Positions 28,373-39,311 of a stretch of DNA of 64,000 nucleotides are shown piece by piece. A program made the translations under genes and the position numbers. The number at the start of each line of letters is the position of its first letter. Positions within the stretch are counted from its first letter, which is position 1. The notes under the pieces were generated by a model, which had not been told where the DNA came from, ran no database searches, and saw only the letters and a list, made by a program, of their open reading frames with translations. This DNA is from a virus (taxonomy: Duplodnaviria; Heunggongvirae; Uroviricota; Caudoviricetes): IMG/VR virus record IMGVR_UViG_3300013232_000486; one strand, written 5' to 3'.

Positions 28373-31300
28373 TGGCTGGTGGAAATGCTGGTCTCATCAA
28401 GCCAAGCGTGTGGGTCCTAAATGGATCACCGTTCAACTCTTTTCGCAAACAAGAGCAGTGCTTCTACATAACCACAGAAACGTTCAGTTCCGCTCAGGAA
28501 GTCACTCATGTAGTTCCATTGCCTTCTCCTGTAAATGGATGCCGAGTCGAGGAGCAGCGATCAGCATACGACAATTACATAGTCGACGAGAACGATGACA
28601 GGCTCGAAGAATCGACGTTTATTGACAAGGTGACCACGTCGGACGGGCAAAGCGTAGACATTAACACTGAGTTCGACGCAACGGCCAGCGCGAGATATCG
28701 GCTCAAGCAGTTTTCTAGTACTGAAAGCAAGTCTGATCAAGCCCAAAGAGAGTTCTTTACCTGGCAATGCCAGACTTCAATATTCGGTGATAAGTCAAGG
28801 CCGTTTACAGAAGCTCCAGAATTTGATTCGGCAGCCGAATGGACATACATCAACATACCGAAGCCAAGCCTTGTGACGGCTTTGACGAATGCAATTAACG
28901 AAGTTAGCGCGTCAGTTGCTGCTGCGGCTACTGGCGCCTTGGCAGCGCTCGGTCAAGGAGGAACGGTTAAGTCGAAAAATACATCATCATCGATCGCTTC
29001 AAAAATTGGCCAGTCTGGTCGAATATTGATGCCTTACCAAAGAAAGATACCCAAGGACAAATCTACCCCAGTCCATTGGGGATTAAAGATGAAGGATCGT
29101 CCTTGGAATCAGCCCTTTGAACTAACGCACTATATTTGTTTCAGAGACGCATCGGTAGCTGATCTTGCGCCCGAGCAGAGGACAACAACTGGACAAGGGA
29201 CTGGAAACAAGTTTAGTTTCTATTATCCAAACCAAAATGGCGGTCCAGGGAATCCAATGGACATCAAGCTTAACAAGAGCTTGTATTTGGCCATAGAAAT
29301 GGGTGAGGAGTCAGATACAAACCACTTTTTGCTGTTGTTTAACTATGGCCACTCGCCACAGTTATTCTGGATAACAAGCGGACAAGGCACTTCAAACAGT
29401 GGAAGTACTGATACAAAGAACTCACAAGACCCATGTCTCCTCAAACCAACCATTGCTGCTAAGGCAGAGACTAAACAAGAACAAAATACGGCTCAAGACG
29501 GAAAGCTAAAGGCTGTTCTTGTAAATAGTTATCAAGGCGACACAGTCGTAGATACGATGTTCAACTCCAAGTTGTTTACCTTAAGCGTTGAATCCGCTGG
29601 CGGATGCCTGTTCGTGAGATGCTCGGCATTTCCTAACGCCCCGTGGATCATACATCCGAACATGATAAACAAGAATAGTGGCCTTTTCATTGGCGAAACT
29701 CTCTCTGTATATGGAGGAAACATCCAGGCTGGGATAGCATATTCGCCGATCCAGTACTTCAAAGAAGGCACTATTACCATGGCTGGCATCACGTTCGAGA
29801 TACCTCCAGAAGGAGTATCTCCGACACTGTCTGTTAGTTCTCTTGGTCCCTCCCAAGTACTACAAGAGCAAAGCAAGTCTAGCAGTGGATCAAGCGAACG
29901 TCTGATGGTAGATACGGAACAGTTGGTGATTGAGTATGGAACAGACGAGGCTGACAGGCTAGAAACTTATGGATATGTGAACACGCTTCTTGGAGATGAG
30001 CCTCCATTCGGGCAAGGCGCTGGCGAGACTCCCATAAATCGGCTTATCTCAATGAACCTACTCATTCATAGGGCTACGCTGGACGCAGAAGCTGAGTCAA
30101 AGAAAAAAGGTCTTCTCGATTCCTCGGGTTCATCTGTAACCTGTACAAAGCTACAAGAATCAATGGACATGTCTATCTCAAGCGCGTTCGGAGCGCCTAT
30201 CGGACTGCTCGCGTTCAGAACTGGGTCTGTAACCCCAGTTACATGGTATCCTCAAGTATATCTAACTTCTAGCGATGTCAAAACGAAGACTGGGTTTGTC
30301 ATCAGTAACGGGAGAAGCCCGTATCTATGGCTGTATAGGCTTTATGTAGTTCCTCCAGAGAAAAGCAATGCCCCCAGCAAAAAGTACGACTTGTCTTGCG
30401 ACGTAATGAGCATTGATCTTAGTTGGAACTCTACTGGGCCAGGTGAGGTTTCTTGTTCTGGATCCATGAAGGTCTTGGCCAGTCCAAGAGCTGGCGCTGG
30501 GACGAATTCAATCCCCGACTTGATGGCCCTAACGAGAAGAATCAGCTACATTCAAATTGAGGTGGAAAGAGAAGCATCCGTAATCAGTGACAAGGTAGAG
30601 GGGAATGACAGGAGGATATTCACTGGCTGTATTGTTGGAGCCGAAGTGCAAGATGAGCCAGGAAAGACCGTCATAACATTCAAGCTCGAGGACTACATGT
30701 GGGTTCTCGGGGCAATGAAGTTCAATCTAAGCCCATACTACGATGGCATGGCGTACAACTATGCCCTAGCTGACATCCTTGCCCAAACAGGATTCCCATA
30801 CGACAGGATGTACCATGACAAAGTCAATTTGGTTCCGTTTGGTGGAAAACCTGGTCCAGACCCAAACAAAATGCCAGCCCTCCCATGCACGAACATGTTT
30901 GAACAGCCGCAGTTCAGATTCAAAGACGGAGAAGCGCTAAAGGATGGGATGAACAGGATTGCAAAACTTGACTGGAAAATGATGTACTTCGACCCGAAAG
31001 GAGATTTCCATTACGACTCAATCCCATGGGGCATGTATGGAGATCAAGGTGGAGCCACGTCATTCGACTTCGTCACTGGAGAAAGCCTTAATTGGACCCC
31101 TGACAATTTGGTATGGAACAACGTCTCTCGCGGCTACGCGATGAGGGACATGTACAACTCCATACAGATCATCACCGTGTCCAAGGCAATCCCAAGTCTG
31201 TACTTGTTGTTCCAAGATATAAACAGAGATTCCATCGAGAAGCCAGATTCGGACGGATACATCGGATTCCCAAAGGTCATGCGTCAAAAGGAGGCCATGT

Positions 31301-31656
31301 TCGAAAGGGCCGACGTCGCCTTCGCTTACTTCAAGTCTCTTAGGGACGTTTTGTATCTACCTCCACGCACAATAAAGTTCGAAACGTACGGTCGTATAGG
31401 TTTAAGGCCCGCCGCCGTGGTATCTGTTGATGGGTCACCTTGGCGTATGATGAACATAAATTTGAAGCTTGATGCATCAAAGAACGAGTTTTGGGCTAGT
31501 GTAGAGGGTGAATGGTTCGACCGTAAGGGCAAGACCCAAACTGGAGACCCTGTTAAGAATCCAGGGAAACCAACTCAGTCACAGATAATACCAGGTGGCG
31601 TGGACACTGATGCCTCGACGCCACCGACTGCTGGAGGAGGCGCTCAATATGCCTAG
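28372..31656 (+). CDS. Tail tip/baseplate hub-like protein (1094 aa)
   Basis: C-terminal RIFTGCI...FKLEDY...MYFDPKGDFHY...YNSIQI pattern typical of hub proteins. Confidence 0.6.
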   Translation: MAGGNAGLIKPSVWVLNGSPFNSFRKQEQCFYITTETFSSAQEVTHVVPLPSPVNGCRVEEQRSAYDNYIVDENDDRLEESTFIDKVTTSDGQSVDINTEFDATASARYRLKQFSSTESKSDQAQREFFTWQCQTSIFGDKSRPFTEAPEFDSAAEWTYINIPKPSLVTALTNAINEVSASVAAAATGALAALGQGGTVKSKNTSSSIASKIGQSGRILMPYQRKIPKDKSTPVHWGLKMKDRPWNQPFELTHYICFRDASVADLAPEQRTTTGQGTGNKFSFYYPNQNGGPGNPMDIKLNKSLYLAIEMGEESDTNHFLLLFNYGHSPQLFWITSGQGTSNSGSTDTKNSQDPCLLKPTIAAKAETKQEQNTAQDGKLKAVLVNSYQGDTVVDTMFNSKLFTLSVESAGGCLFVRCSAFPNAPWIIHPNMINKNSGLFIGETLSVYGGNIQAGIAYSPIQYFKEGTITMAGITFEIPPEGVSPTLSVSSLGPSQVLQEQSKSSSGSSERLMVDTEQLVIEYGTDEADRLETYGYVNTLLGDEPPFGQGAGETPINRLISMNLLIHRATLDAEAESKKKGLLDSSGSSVTCTKLQESMDMSISSAFGAPIGLLAFRTGSVTPVTWYPQVYLTSSDVKTKTGFVISNGRSPYLWLYRLYVVPPEKSNAPSKKYDLSCDVMSIDLSWNSTGPGEVSCSGSMKVLASPRAGAGTNSIPDLMALTRRISYIQIEVEREASVISDKVEGNDRRIFTGCIVGAEVQDEPGKTVITFKLEDYMWVLGAMKFNLSPYYDGMAYNYALADILAQTGFPYDRMYHDKVNLVPFGGKPGPDPNKMPALPCTNMFEQPQFRFKDGEALKDGMNRIAKLDWKMMYFDPKGDFHYDSIPWGMYGDQGGATSFDFVTGESLNWTPDNLVWNNVSRGYAMRDMYNSIQIITVSKAIPSLYLLFQDINRDSIEKPDSDGYIGFPKVMRQKEAMFERADVAFAYFKSLRDVLYLPPRTIKFETYGRIGLRPAAVVSVDGSPWRMMNINLKLDASKNEFWASVEGEWFDRKGKTQTGDPVKNPGKPTQSQIIPGGVDTDASTPPTAGGGAQYA

Positions 31657-31918
31657 CGTAAGCAGAAGTATTCCCGCGAGGGAGACCAACTCCCCGACTG
31701 GGAAGTTCAACTCCATAAAGCCTAGCAACATGCGTGATGTTATTCAGCGTCAAATCCGTCAGTCTATCAACTCAGCCATGGATCAGGCCAATTTTGGCAA
31801 TGGAGATGGCGGGTTCGGATATCAATACGAACTTATCGACATGAGAGACGGACAAGGAAGGCAGTATCATTTGGTTGGCATAAACACTTCCAATGACTGG
31901 TCAGTGGCGGGGCCATAG
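31649..31918 (+). CDS. Hypothetical tail-module protein
   Basis: GGAGGAGG RBS before ATG at 31649. Confidence 0.65.
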   Translation: MPSVSRSIPARETNSPTGKFNSIKPSNMRDVIQRQIRQSINSAMDQANFGNGDGGFGYQYELIDMRDGQGRQYHLVGINTSNDWSVAGP

Positions 31919-31919
31919 C

Positions 31920-34900
31920 ATGCAATTCACCGAAAACTATAGGCTCGGATCCATACTTCCGAGTGAGCCACTCAGCCCGACCGAAGACAGTCGGAGAATG
32001 CAGACAATCGATCGTCAGCTTCTCGGCATGTTTGAGATCTTTGGGAACGGGATACTGAATGGATGGGAGCTTAAGCAGTCTACGGGACTTAGTGTCAGCA
32101 TAACCCCAGGCAGTGGACACATATCGTATGCTTCCGCGTTGACTACGATAGCTGGAGTCGTCCAGCTAGAACCAAGTTCAACCAACTATGTTTACGCGAA
32201 GCTTACCGAAGACGGAAGATATACCAGAGATGTTGTTTTTTTTGCCAGAACTGCCGCGCTTACTTCGGGTACGAACTCTATTTTTTTGGGCAAGGCCGTT
32301 ACTGGGCCGAATTCCGTTACGTCCATCGACATGACTGGGCGCAATGACATCTCCTTCATCGAGACGATAAAACAGTTCATCATCCAGCACAAGCATCGTG
32401 GCGGTACGGAGAACCCATCAAGGGTCAGCCTGGTCAACGAGGTCATGGGTAAGCTGCCAGGCTATCGCATCGACAATCTGGATGCATCCAACGTCGTCAC
32501 TGGAAGAATACCAGCATCAAGGATGCCCGCTATAGAGCATGGAGACCTCCTGGACTCTGGCATTCTCACGCATGCCCAGTTGGATAGCTTCGTGAGAGAC
32601 CTTTCCAATCCGAACACCAGGCTCCTCGGCGAGCTTTCGACCGTCAATCTGCTACAACTGTACCTGGCCCACAAACACATTTGGAGCGAGGTCGACCAAC
32701 AAGCCACGAACTTGTTGGCTATGATCCCTGGCATAACGAACGATACGTTCACGGACTACGTCGCCACCACCGCTCTCGTGGACAGGTACAACCATACGAT
32801 TCAAGGAATCCCAGCCCCGCCTGGCCGTCTGCATACCATAACGTTTAGCACGCTATCTGACTTCTCGAATGCGTTCGCCAGGGTCAACCTCGACATCTTG
32901 TCAGACCAGACTGGAACCAAAGTTAAGCTTACGCAGCCGCTCTCGCAGTTGATCGTGGACGATTTCGACAACGTTTTCTCCAACGATACTGAAATCCCTG
33001 GATGGGAAGTCGATACGACTCCTTCCCTCACCGCGCCAGATAACACGAGCTTCAAAACGGACTCGTCCAAGAAGGATGCTGGAACGTATAGCGCCAAGTT
33101 CCATATCGAGCAGGAGATCACCGTTCAAGTCACCAAGGACTACGGCGACAGCCCAGTGGATTGGTCAGGCTATAACGTAATCCAAGTTGCAATAGAAACG
33201 CTGACCTTGTCCCATGGACAAGTGAGAATGCAAATCCTTGGACCGCAACAAAGCGGCGTGTATCAAATCCTTGATGATTTCATGCTCCTCAACATCAACG
33301 AAACCACAAAGGGTTTCAAGACCGTTGTTAGGGACATATCCAACCTGACCAGGACATCCGTCCAAGGCATCAAAGTCTACACGGACACGTCGTTGGGATG
33401 GAACCCTTCGGACATCATCAACATCAACATCGACACGATTAAAGTCCTCAACACAATCTATTACGATCCCTCTGGCTTTATCAGGTTCCGCCTCCAGACG
33501 CCACAAAAGAGCCGCTGGGCAGCCATCTCGTGGGACGGCGACAATAATGACGGGCAGATCAGCGCCAGGGCGCGTACGGCGTCAAGCTTCTCGGTCTTCG
33601 ACCAGACGCTTTCTTCTCCGTTTGGAGAGTCCATTTCGACTCCAGGCGACGATCCGCAAGTCGCCGACAACACGAACTTTGAGATCGAGATAGCGTTGGC
33701 CTCAAACGAGGCAAAAACAAGTTCTCCTTCACTTCGCTCTGTGACCATAAGCTACATCACGCACAGCGAAGACAAGGGCATCATTGTAGACAGCGTCCCA
33801 GACTTCCAGCGCGGGCTTGAGTTCCTGAACACCAAGGTGATCGGCTATCCTGGGCAATACGATGATGATGGCGAGGAACAAGGAAGCGTCGTGATTGATG
33901 GCAGGAACGACACTGGTGACATCGTGTACGGGCTTATTAATAGCGCCCAGCAGTCGACGTTTGAAGCCAACCCAATCCCAGTGATAGGAATAACTGGAAA
34001 CGACCTTTTCGTTTCCCCATGGCAAGCTGTGACCAATGACCTGTACCAGAGATACATCAAACGTGCAACTGGGTTGGACGGCGTATCCCATGTCCACAGG
34101 CAAAATGACAGAACATACCTCATCTCTGACACGTTCAATGACCGAGTACTTCTTCTCTCTCGTGAAGGACGACTCATTAGCGGGCTCATAACAAACAACG
34201 TCAGGACGCAAGATGAGTTGTACCCGATAGTGGCGATATACAACCAGCGCCTTAAAGGCATCTATGTCGCATGGTCCAAAAACATTGAGTTGACCAGTTC
34301 TCTTGACATGAGTAAGTTCCACGTCAACTCTCCAGGTCTAGCGATCACGCTCAGTAACCAGACCGAAAAAGCGTCGTCCATATCTGGACTCCCAGGAGAC
34401 GCAGGTAAGGCGTCTGGAAACGTGACCTTCATCGCGTTGTCCGAGGCGCATAACGGAGAGGTATTGGCTTACCTAGACGACCAGGGGCAAGACGCCCCTC
34501 TGTTCCTCGATGTCGACGCGGATGCAATTCCAGACGGATTGGACAAGAGCAACGCGAACTACGCGAGCCTTGCTGGCCCAAGGGGCCTCCCGATGTCGAA
34601 CGCAGACGTGATGTTCGTTCCGGGGATATATAGACCAATCGCGGTAATCGTTTCCGAGTACAGTGGGAACTGGATCATCTGTAACTCCAAACCGCTAGAC
34701 ACCACAGACGTCGTCACGGAAGTAAGCAGAACCGAAATCACGTCGCTGATAGAGATAGAGCCAGCCACCGGAACCATCAGCTTCTCCGACGACTCGTTGG
34801 ACTTTAGTATCATCACGCTCGGAGGGGTTGCAGAATACAACGAGAAGTACTTGGCCGTGGCGGGAATAAGCTCAGAACAATACCCTCCTCCGACCACCTC

Positions 34901-35342
34901 TAGTACCCAAGCGACCAAACAAACACTGGGAATCGGAACAGTATCGGTAAGCTCGACGACCACAACCACCCAGACCACGACCACGCAGACAACTGGAACG
35001 AGCACGAACGTTGAGTCCACGGTCACAACGGACTTCTCAAAGCTGGTTGCGTATCGTGGAAGAGTCAAGATCATAGAAAAGGCCTCTGGTCGAGTCGTCT
35101 TTGACGAGCTTACGTCTGACGGGACGTTCGCCTCCGACGTGCAAGTCGACAGCAACGATAATCTGATCGTGATTGAGAAGTATTACCAAGACGACCCAAA
35201 TAGCCCGCTTCCGTTCGGTAGGGGACGCATCATCAAGATGGATGAGGACGGAAACATCTACTGGCAATACGGACTCGGTTCATACGAGTCGTTCAATGAC
35301 GTCAGGACGCTGGACAGCGGAAACGTGATCGTCTGCTCATGA
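31920..35342 (+). CDS. Large tail/receptor-binding-type protein with carbohydrate-binding-like and beta-propeller-like segments
   Basis: N-terminal GLSVSITPGSG virion-attachment-like segment; DWSGYNVI (CBM-like); ISDTFNDRVL (NHL-like); Thr-rich linker. Confidence 0.6.
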   Translation: MQFTENYRLGSILPSEPLSPTEDSRRMQTIDRQLLGMFEIFGNGILNGWELKQSTGLSVSITPGSGHISYASALTTIAGVVQLEPSSTNYVYAKLTEDGRYTRDVVFFARTAALTSGTNSIFLGKAVTGPNSVTSIDMTGRNDISFIETIKQFIIQHKHRGGTENPSRVSLVNEVMGKLPGYRIDNLDASNVVTGRIPASRMPAIEHGDLLDSGILTHAQLDSFVRDLSNPNTRLLGELSTVNLLQLYLAHKHIWSEVDQQATNLLAMIPGITNDTFTDYVATTALVDRYNHTIQGIPAPPGRLHTITFSTLSDFSNAFARVNLDILSDQTGTKVKLTQPLSQLIVDDFDNVFSNDTEIPGWEVDTTPSLTAPDNTSFKTDSSKKDAGTYSAKFHIEQEITVQVTKDYGDSPVDWSGYNVIQVAIETLTLSHGQVRMQILGPQQSGVYQILDDFMLLNINETTKGFKTVVRDISNLTRTSVQGIKVYTDTSLGWNPSDIININIDTIKVLNTIYYDPSGFIRFRLQTPQKSRWAAISWDGDNNDGQISARARTASSFSVFDQTLSSPFGESISTPGDDPQVADNTNFEIEIALASNEAKTSSPSLRSVTISYITHSEDKGIIVDSVPDFQRGLEFLNTKVIGYPGQYDDDGEEQGSVVIDGRNDTGDIVYGLINSAQQSTFEANPIPVIGITGNDLFVSPWQAVTNDLYQRYIKRATGLDGVSHVHRQNDRTYLISDTFNDRVLLLSREGRLISGLITNNVRTQDELYPIVAIYNQRLKGIYVAWSKNIELTSSLDMSKFHVNSPGLAITLSNQTEKASSISGLPGDAGKASGNVTFIALSEAHNGEVLAYLDDQGQDAPLFLDVDADAIPDGLDKSNANYASLAGPRGLPMSNADVMFVPGIYRPIAVIVSEYSGNWIICNSKPLDTTDVVTEVSRTEITSLIEIEPATGTISFSDDSLDFSIITLGGVAEYNEKYLAVAGISSEQYPPPTTSSTQATKQTLGIGTVSVSSTTTTTQTTTTQTTGTSTNVESTVTTDFSKLVAYRGRVKIIEKASGRVVFDELTSDGTFASDVQVDSNDNLIVIEKYYQDDPNSPLPFGRGRIIKMDEDGNIYWQYGLGSYESFNDVRTLDSGNVIVCS

Positions 35343-36058
35343 CAGAAGACGCCTTCATATCCCTCGCCGTCAGCGACTTCTCTCCAGGGAGCGTTTATGT
35401 GGTCTCTGGGAAGAACCCGTACCTGACGAATGATTTGCTTTGCAGGACAAAGACCGCCTTGGCTGGGGCCTCAAAAAACGCGCTGGTTCTTGATGCCGAT
35501 ACGTTTGTCGGATACCCGATGGACGTGTTCGTTGGTGGTCAGTTCTGGCAACCAAGATACTTGTACAGAAAAGGCGAGCATGTTTTCCCGACCTCGTACG
35601 TCGAAGATGGCGTCTTGTACAATATCCCCTTCGACTGCGCGACGACCATCTTGCCCAGGTTTAGATATACTTGTACCATAAGCGGAATGAGCGGAGACGA
35701 TGAGCCAGTTTGGCCACTCGTTGAAGACACGCAAATGCTCGACAACCAGACCATCTGGCTCACGACATCATTGCGCGTTGATGGCCTCACGTGGGAAATG
35801 GTTCTTTTGAACTCAAGACAAGGTGACGGGTTTGTGGTTCTGGTTCACAATGAGTTCGATCCGAACGGGCCAAGGGCCATCACTGGAAACTTGACCAATG
35901 ACGTCGTCTTAGATCTGGAACATGGATTCGGGCCAGGCGGAAACGTGCTAAAACATAAGGCGTATCCGTCAAGGGACATCTTCCCGTACTTGTCGATGAT
36001 CTTCTATCACGAGAACGAGGATGTTACGTACATCAAGACCCAGACGCCTGTCCGTTAA
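35339..36058 (+). CDS. Tail-associated protein with a CBM5/12-like module
   Basis: WQPRYLYRKGEHV...YTCTISGMSGDDEPVWP...DNQTIW. Confidence 0.55.
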   Translation: MTEDAFISLAVSDFSPGSVYVVSGKNPYLTNDLLCRTKTALAGASKNALVLDADTFVGYPMDVFVGGQFWQPRYLYRKGEHVFPTSYVEDGVLYNIPFDCATTILPRFRYTCTISGMSGDDEPVWPLVEDTQMLDNQTIWLTTSLRVDGLTWEMVLLNSRQGDGFVVLVHNEFDPNGPRAITGNLTNDVVLDLEHGFGPGGNVLKHKAYPSRDIFPYLSMIFYHENEDVTYIKTQTPVR

Positions 36059-36407
36059 CATTCACGTTAGCGACTGCCGTAATTGGAATCCCGTCTTCTA
36101 CCTTGTGTGCGATTCTGGATATCCAATGCATGGCTTGCCACAAAACAAGTATTCTAAGCTCCAGCGGAATAGCTGTTTTCCATACGACCCAGACTTGATC
36201 ACTGGACACGTTCCAACAAATGAGGATGGATAACACCAATGCCATCCAGTTGGACTGGCAGAACTTGCACGTGAACACCTTGCCAATGACTGGTATTTTC
36301 CCCAGCAGCGCCCTTGGTTTCTCGAACAAGTCGATCTCTGTAAGTACGTGACTAAGGTTCGCGATGGCTAATCCAAGGATCACGGAAAGGATCAAAATTT
36401 CGGTCAT
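36033..36407 (-). CDS. DUF1360-like membrane protein
   Basis: Hydrophobic helices; FEKPR...CKFCQSNW motif. Confidence 0.65.
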   Translation of the reverse strand: MTEILILSVILGLAIANLSHVLTEIDLFEKPRALLGKIPVIGKVFTCKFCQSNWMALVLSILICWNVSSDQVWVVWKTAIPLELRILVLWQAMHWISRIAHKVEDGIPITAVANVNVNGQASGS

Positions 36408-36652
36408 CTGCTACTCCCGCAGCGGCTGTTCGTACAGACGTTCCTCTTCACCATCACGCCCGTCCTTGGATCATACACGGTGATTTGCTTCAGAAGCCAT
36501 CCACAAGTCGGGCAGAACCCCTCTTGGTTGAACTGCTTCGGTCTTGGGGTAGTGGGCGCTGGCTTAACCGCCGCTGGCTTCGGAAATGCCGGTGGCGCTC
36601 CGCGCCATGGCTGGCCAGGGACCGCCTTGTTCCCGCCGCAGTTACATCCCAT
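36404..36652 (-). CDS. Small Cys-rich protein (MGCNCGG N-terminus, zinc ribbon)
   Basis: GGAGGT RBS; CPTC...CTNSRC. Confidence 0.7.
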   Translation of the reverse strand: MGCNCGGNKAVPGQPWRGAPPAFPKPAAVKPAPTTPRPKQFNQEGFCPTCGWLLKQITVYDPRTGVMVKRNVCTNSRCGSSR

Positions 36653-36675
36653 GATACACCTCCATGCTCACTATT

Positions 36676-36704
36676 AAATTCTACGTCTAGCACGTTTCGA
36701 CCTC
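36676..36704 (-). promoter_or_regulatory. Putative phage late promoter (GAGGT-N17-AGAAT)
   Basis: GAGGT cgaaacgtgctagacgt AGAATTT. Confidence 0.6.
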
Positions 36705-36724
36705 TGAAAACGGTGCAGATTCGC

Positions 36725-36753
36725 TTGACGCGATATGGGCGTTATGATACAAG
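36725..36753 (+). promoter_or_regulatory. Sigma70-like promoter for clpC (TTGACG-N17-TACAAG)
   Basis: Near-consensus -35 box, TG-extended weak -10 box. Confidence 0.45.
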
Positions 36754-36774
36754 TAGGGCGGTGAGGAGAAACTC

Positions 36775-39309
36775 ATGTACGAGAAGTTCAGCAACAAGGC
36801 CCGCAAGGTCATCCATAACGCCAAGAAAGAGGCCGAGAAACTCGGCCACGACTATATAGGCAGCGAGCATTTGCTACTCGGAATGCTCAAGGACGCAAGC
36901 TCCGTCGGGGCGACCGTTTTGGACGGCTTCGGGATTGATTATGAGGCCGTGTACAATCAAGTCAAGAAAATGTCCAAGCCTCCAATCGGAGGGATGCCCG
37001 CCGCCGACTTGCCGCTGACGCAACGGGCAAAATCAATCCTCGAGACGTCAATCAAAGAAGCACAAAAGCTCAAGGAAATGAAGTACGTGGGCGTCGAGCA
37101 TATACTCCTCGCTCTCCTATCCGAACCACAAGGAATCGCGGCCCAGGTCTTGGTCTCGCTCGGAGGGGACCTGGAAAAGGTGAAGATGGACTTGTATTCG
37201 TTTCTCGGGCCAGAAAACATTGGGAACGAGCCATTTGGGCCAGCTCAAGACGACGCAGAACCAAACGTCGCGGATCCAATGCCAGAAAAAAAGATTTCGC
37301 AACCAACGAAGGTATCAAAGAAAACTCCAGCCCTTGACGCGTTCGGAAGGGACTTAACAAAATTAGCCAGGGCGAAGAAGCTTGATCCGCTTGTCAATCG
37401 GCAGCAAGAACTCGACAGGATCATCCGCATCCTCGTCAGGCGAAGAAAAAACAATCCAGTACTGCTCGGCGAAGCTGGCGTAGGAAAGACGGCCATCGTG
37501 GAAGGCCTTGCCCAGATGATCGTCAGTGGCAAGGTACCACCAGCCTTCGCGGACAAGCGTATCGTCGAACTCGACCTTGGGTCGCTTGTCGCTGGAACCA
37601 AGTATCGCGGCCAGTTTGAAGAGCGACTCAAGGCAATCATGAGCGAGGTTGTTGCGTCAGCCAACGTGATCTTGTTCGTAGACGAGATACACACGCTCGT
37701 CGGGGCTGGATCTGCCGAAGGCACGCTGGACGGGGCGAATATGCTCAAGCCAGCGCTCGCTCGAGGAGAGATACAGTGCATTGGGGCGACCACGCATAAC
37801 GAATACAAGAAGTCCGTCGAGCGTGACGCGGCCCTTGAAAGGCGCTTCCAGCCAGTCAACGTAGACGAGCCTACCGTACCAGAGGCGATTGAAATTCTGA
37901 AGGGCCTTCGTTCCAGATATGAGGCCCATCACATGGTCCAGATCACAGACAAAGCCATTGAGGAGACCGTGAAGCTCAGCCAGCGGTACATCACGGAACG
38001 CCTTCTGCCAGACAAGGCCATCGATGTGATCGACGAAGCTGGCGCGAAGGTTCGCCTTGATAATTCTGGTATACCGCCAGAACTGGAGAAGATGGAAGCC
38101 GATCTGGACGCGGCGAAACGAAGAAAGGAAGATGCCGTTCAACACCAAGACTTCGAAGGGGCCGCGAAGTTCAGGGACGAATGCGACGTCTTGGCCGACA
38201 AGCTGATCCAAGCCAAGCAGACCTTGGCCAAGAGCAGCAAGGTCGGAATAGTGGACGAGAACATCATCAGGTCCGTGGTGTCTTCCATTTCCAAGGTTCC
38301 GCTGGATCACCTTTCGGAAGAAGACAAGTCGCGATTGTTGACCATGGAAAAGGAGTTGTCAAAGACCGTCATTGGACAAGCCGAGGCCATCAAGACCGTC
38401 TCTCAGGCGGTTCGACGGGCGAAGGCGGGACTGAAAGACCCACAACGTCCAATCGCGGCCCTTCTCTTCTTGGGTCCGACGGGCGTGGGTAAGACCTTGC
38501 TTGCCAAGTCTCTTGCGGAGTTCCTCTTCGGGTCAAAAGATTCGCTTGTCCAGTTCGACATGTCTGAATACATGGAAAAGTTTGCCGTCAGCCGCCTCAT
38601 CGGCTCTCCGCCAGGCTACGTCGGTTATGAAGAGGGCGGGCAGTTGGTCGAGAAGATCAGGCGTAGGCCTTATAGCGTTGTCCTGTTCGACGAGATTGAG
38701 AAGGCCGACGAAGAAGTGTTCAGCATCTTCCTTCAAATCCTCGAAGAAGGGCGCGTCACCGATGGGCTTGGGCGCATCGTGGACATGCGCAACTGCATAA
38801 TCCTCATGACTTCCAACGTCGGAGCGCAAGAAGTCAACTCGAAAGGCTCCTTGGGATTCGGGAGGAGCAACGACGTGGCCAGCAAGCTCGAATCAAACAA
38901 GGAAGGCATCAAGGAAGCCCTTGACCGCACGTTCAAACCCGAATTCCTGAACCGACTGGACGAGATGGTCTTCTTCAACCAGTTGGGAATGGAGGAGATC
39001 AAGGCCATTCTGAAGGTAGAGGTGTCGAAGGTGAACAAGCGCCTGGAGGAGCGAGCCGTGACGCTTGAGTTGTCGCCCGAGGCGGACGAGTTCCTTATCA
39101 AGCATGGATTCGATCAGAAGTTCGGTGCGCGGCCAATGCGAAGGGCGGTCGAGTCCAAGTTGGAAAATGGGCTCAGCGAGTTCCTTATGGCAAATACTCT
39201 AGAGCATGGAGAAGTCGTGCTTGTGGGCGTCGACGGGGATAAACTGTCATTCTCCGTAAAGAAAACCAAGAAGCCCGCGAGGAAGTCTCTCCCTAAGAAT
39301 CAGGACTAA
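36775..39309 (+). CDS. clpC: ATP-dependent Clp protease ATPase subunit ClpC
   Basis: Two Clp-N repeats; Walker A GEAGVGKT and GPTGVGKT; UVR coiled coil ([11 protein letters not shown]); GSPPGYVGY; LGF loop. Confidence 0.95.
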   Translation: MYEKFSNKARKVIHNAKKEAEKLGHDYIGSEHLLLGMLKDASSVGATVLDGFGIDYEAVYNQVKKMSKPPIGGMPAADLPLTQRAKSILETSIKEAQKLKEMKYVGVEHILLALLSEPQGIAAQVLVSLGGDLEKVKMDLYSFLGPENIGNEPFGPAQDDAEPNVADPMPEKKISQPTKVSKKTPALDAFGRDLTKLARAKKLDPLVNRQQELDRIIRILVRRRKNNPVLLGEAGVGKTAIVEGLAQMIVSGKVPPAFADKRIVELDLGSLVAGTKYRGQFEERLKAIMSEVVASANVILFVDEIHTLVGAGSAEGTLDGANMLKPALARGEIQCIGATTHNEYKKSVERDAALERRFQPVNVDEPTVPEAIEILKGLRSRYEAHHMVQITDKAIEETVKLSQRYITERLLPDKAIDVIDEAGAKVRLDNSGIPPELEKMEADLDAAKRRKEDAVQHQDFEGAAKFRDECDVLADKLIQAKQTLAKSSKVGIVDENIIRSVVSSISKVPLDHLSEEDKSRLLTMEKELSKTVIGQAEAIKTVSQAVRRAKAGLKDPQRPIAALLFLGPTGVGKTLLAKSLAEFLFGSKDSLVQFDMSEYMEKFAVSRLIGSPPGYVGYEEGGQLVEKIRRRPYSVVLFDEIEKADEEVFSIFLQILEEGRVTDGLGRIVDMRNCIILMTSNVGAQEVNSKGSLGFGRSNDVASKLESNKEGIKEALDRTFKPEFLNRLDEMVFFNQLGMEEIKAILKVEVSKVNKRLEERAVTLELSPEADEFLIKHGFDQKFGARPMRRAVESKLENGLSEFLMANTLEHGEVVLVGVDGDKLSFSVKKTKKPARKSLPKNQD

Positions 39310-39311
39310 AC

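Noticed and set aside
34950-35010. ACC/ACG-rich low-complexity tract
   Set aside because: It encodes a Thr-rich linker in the tail protein and is not a DNA element.
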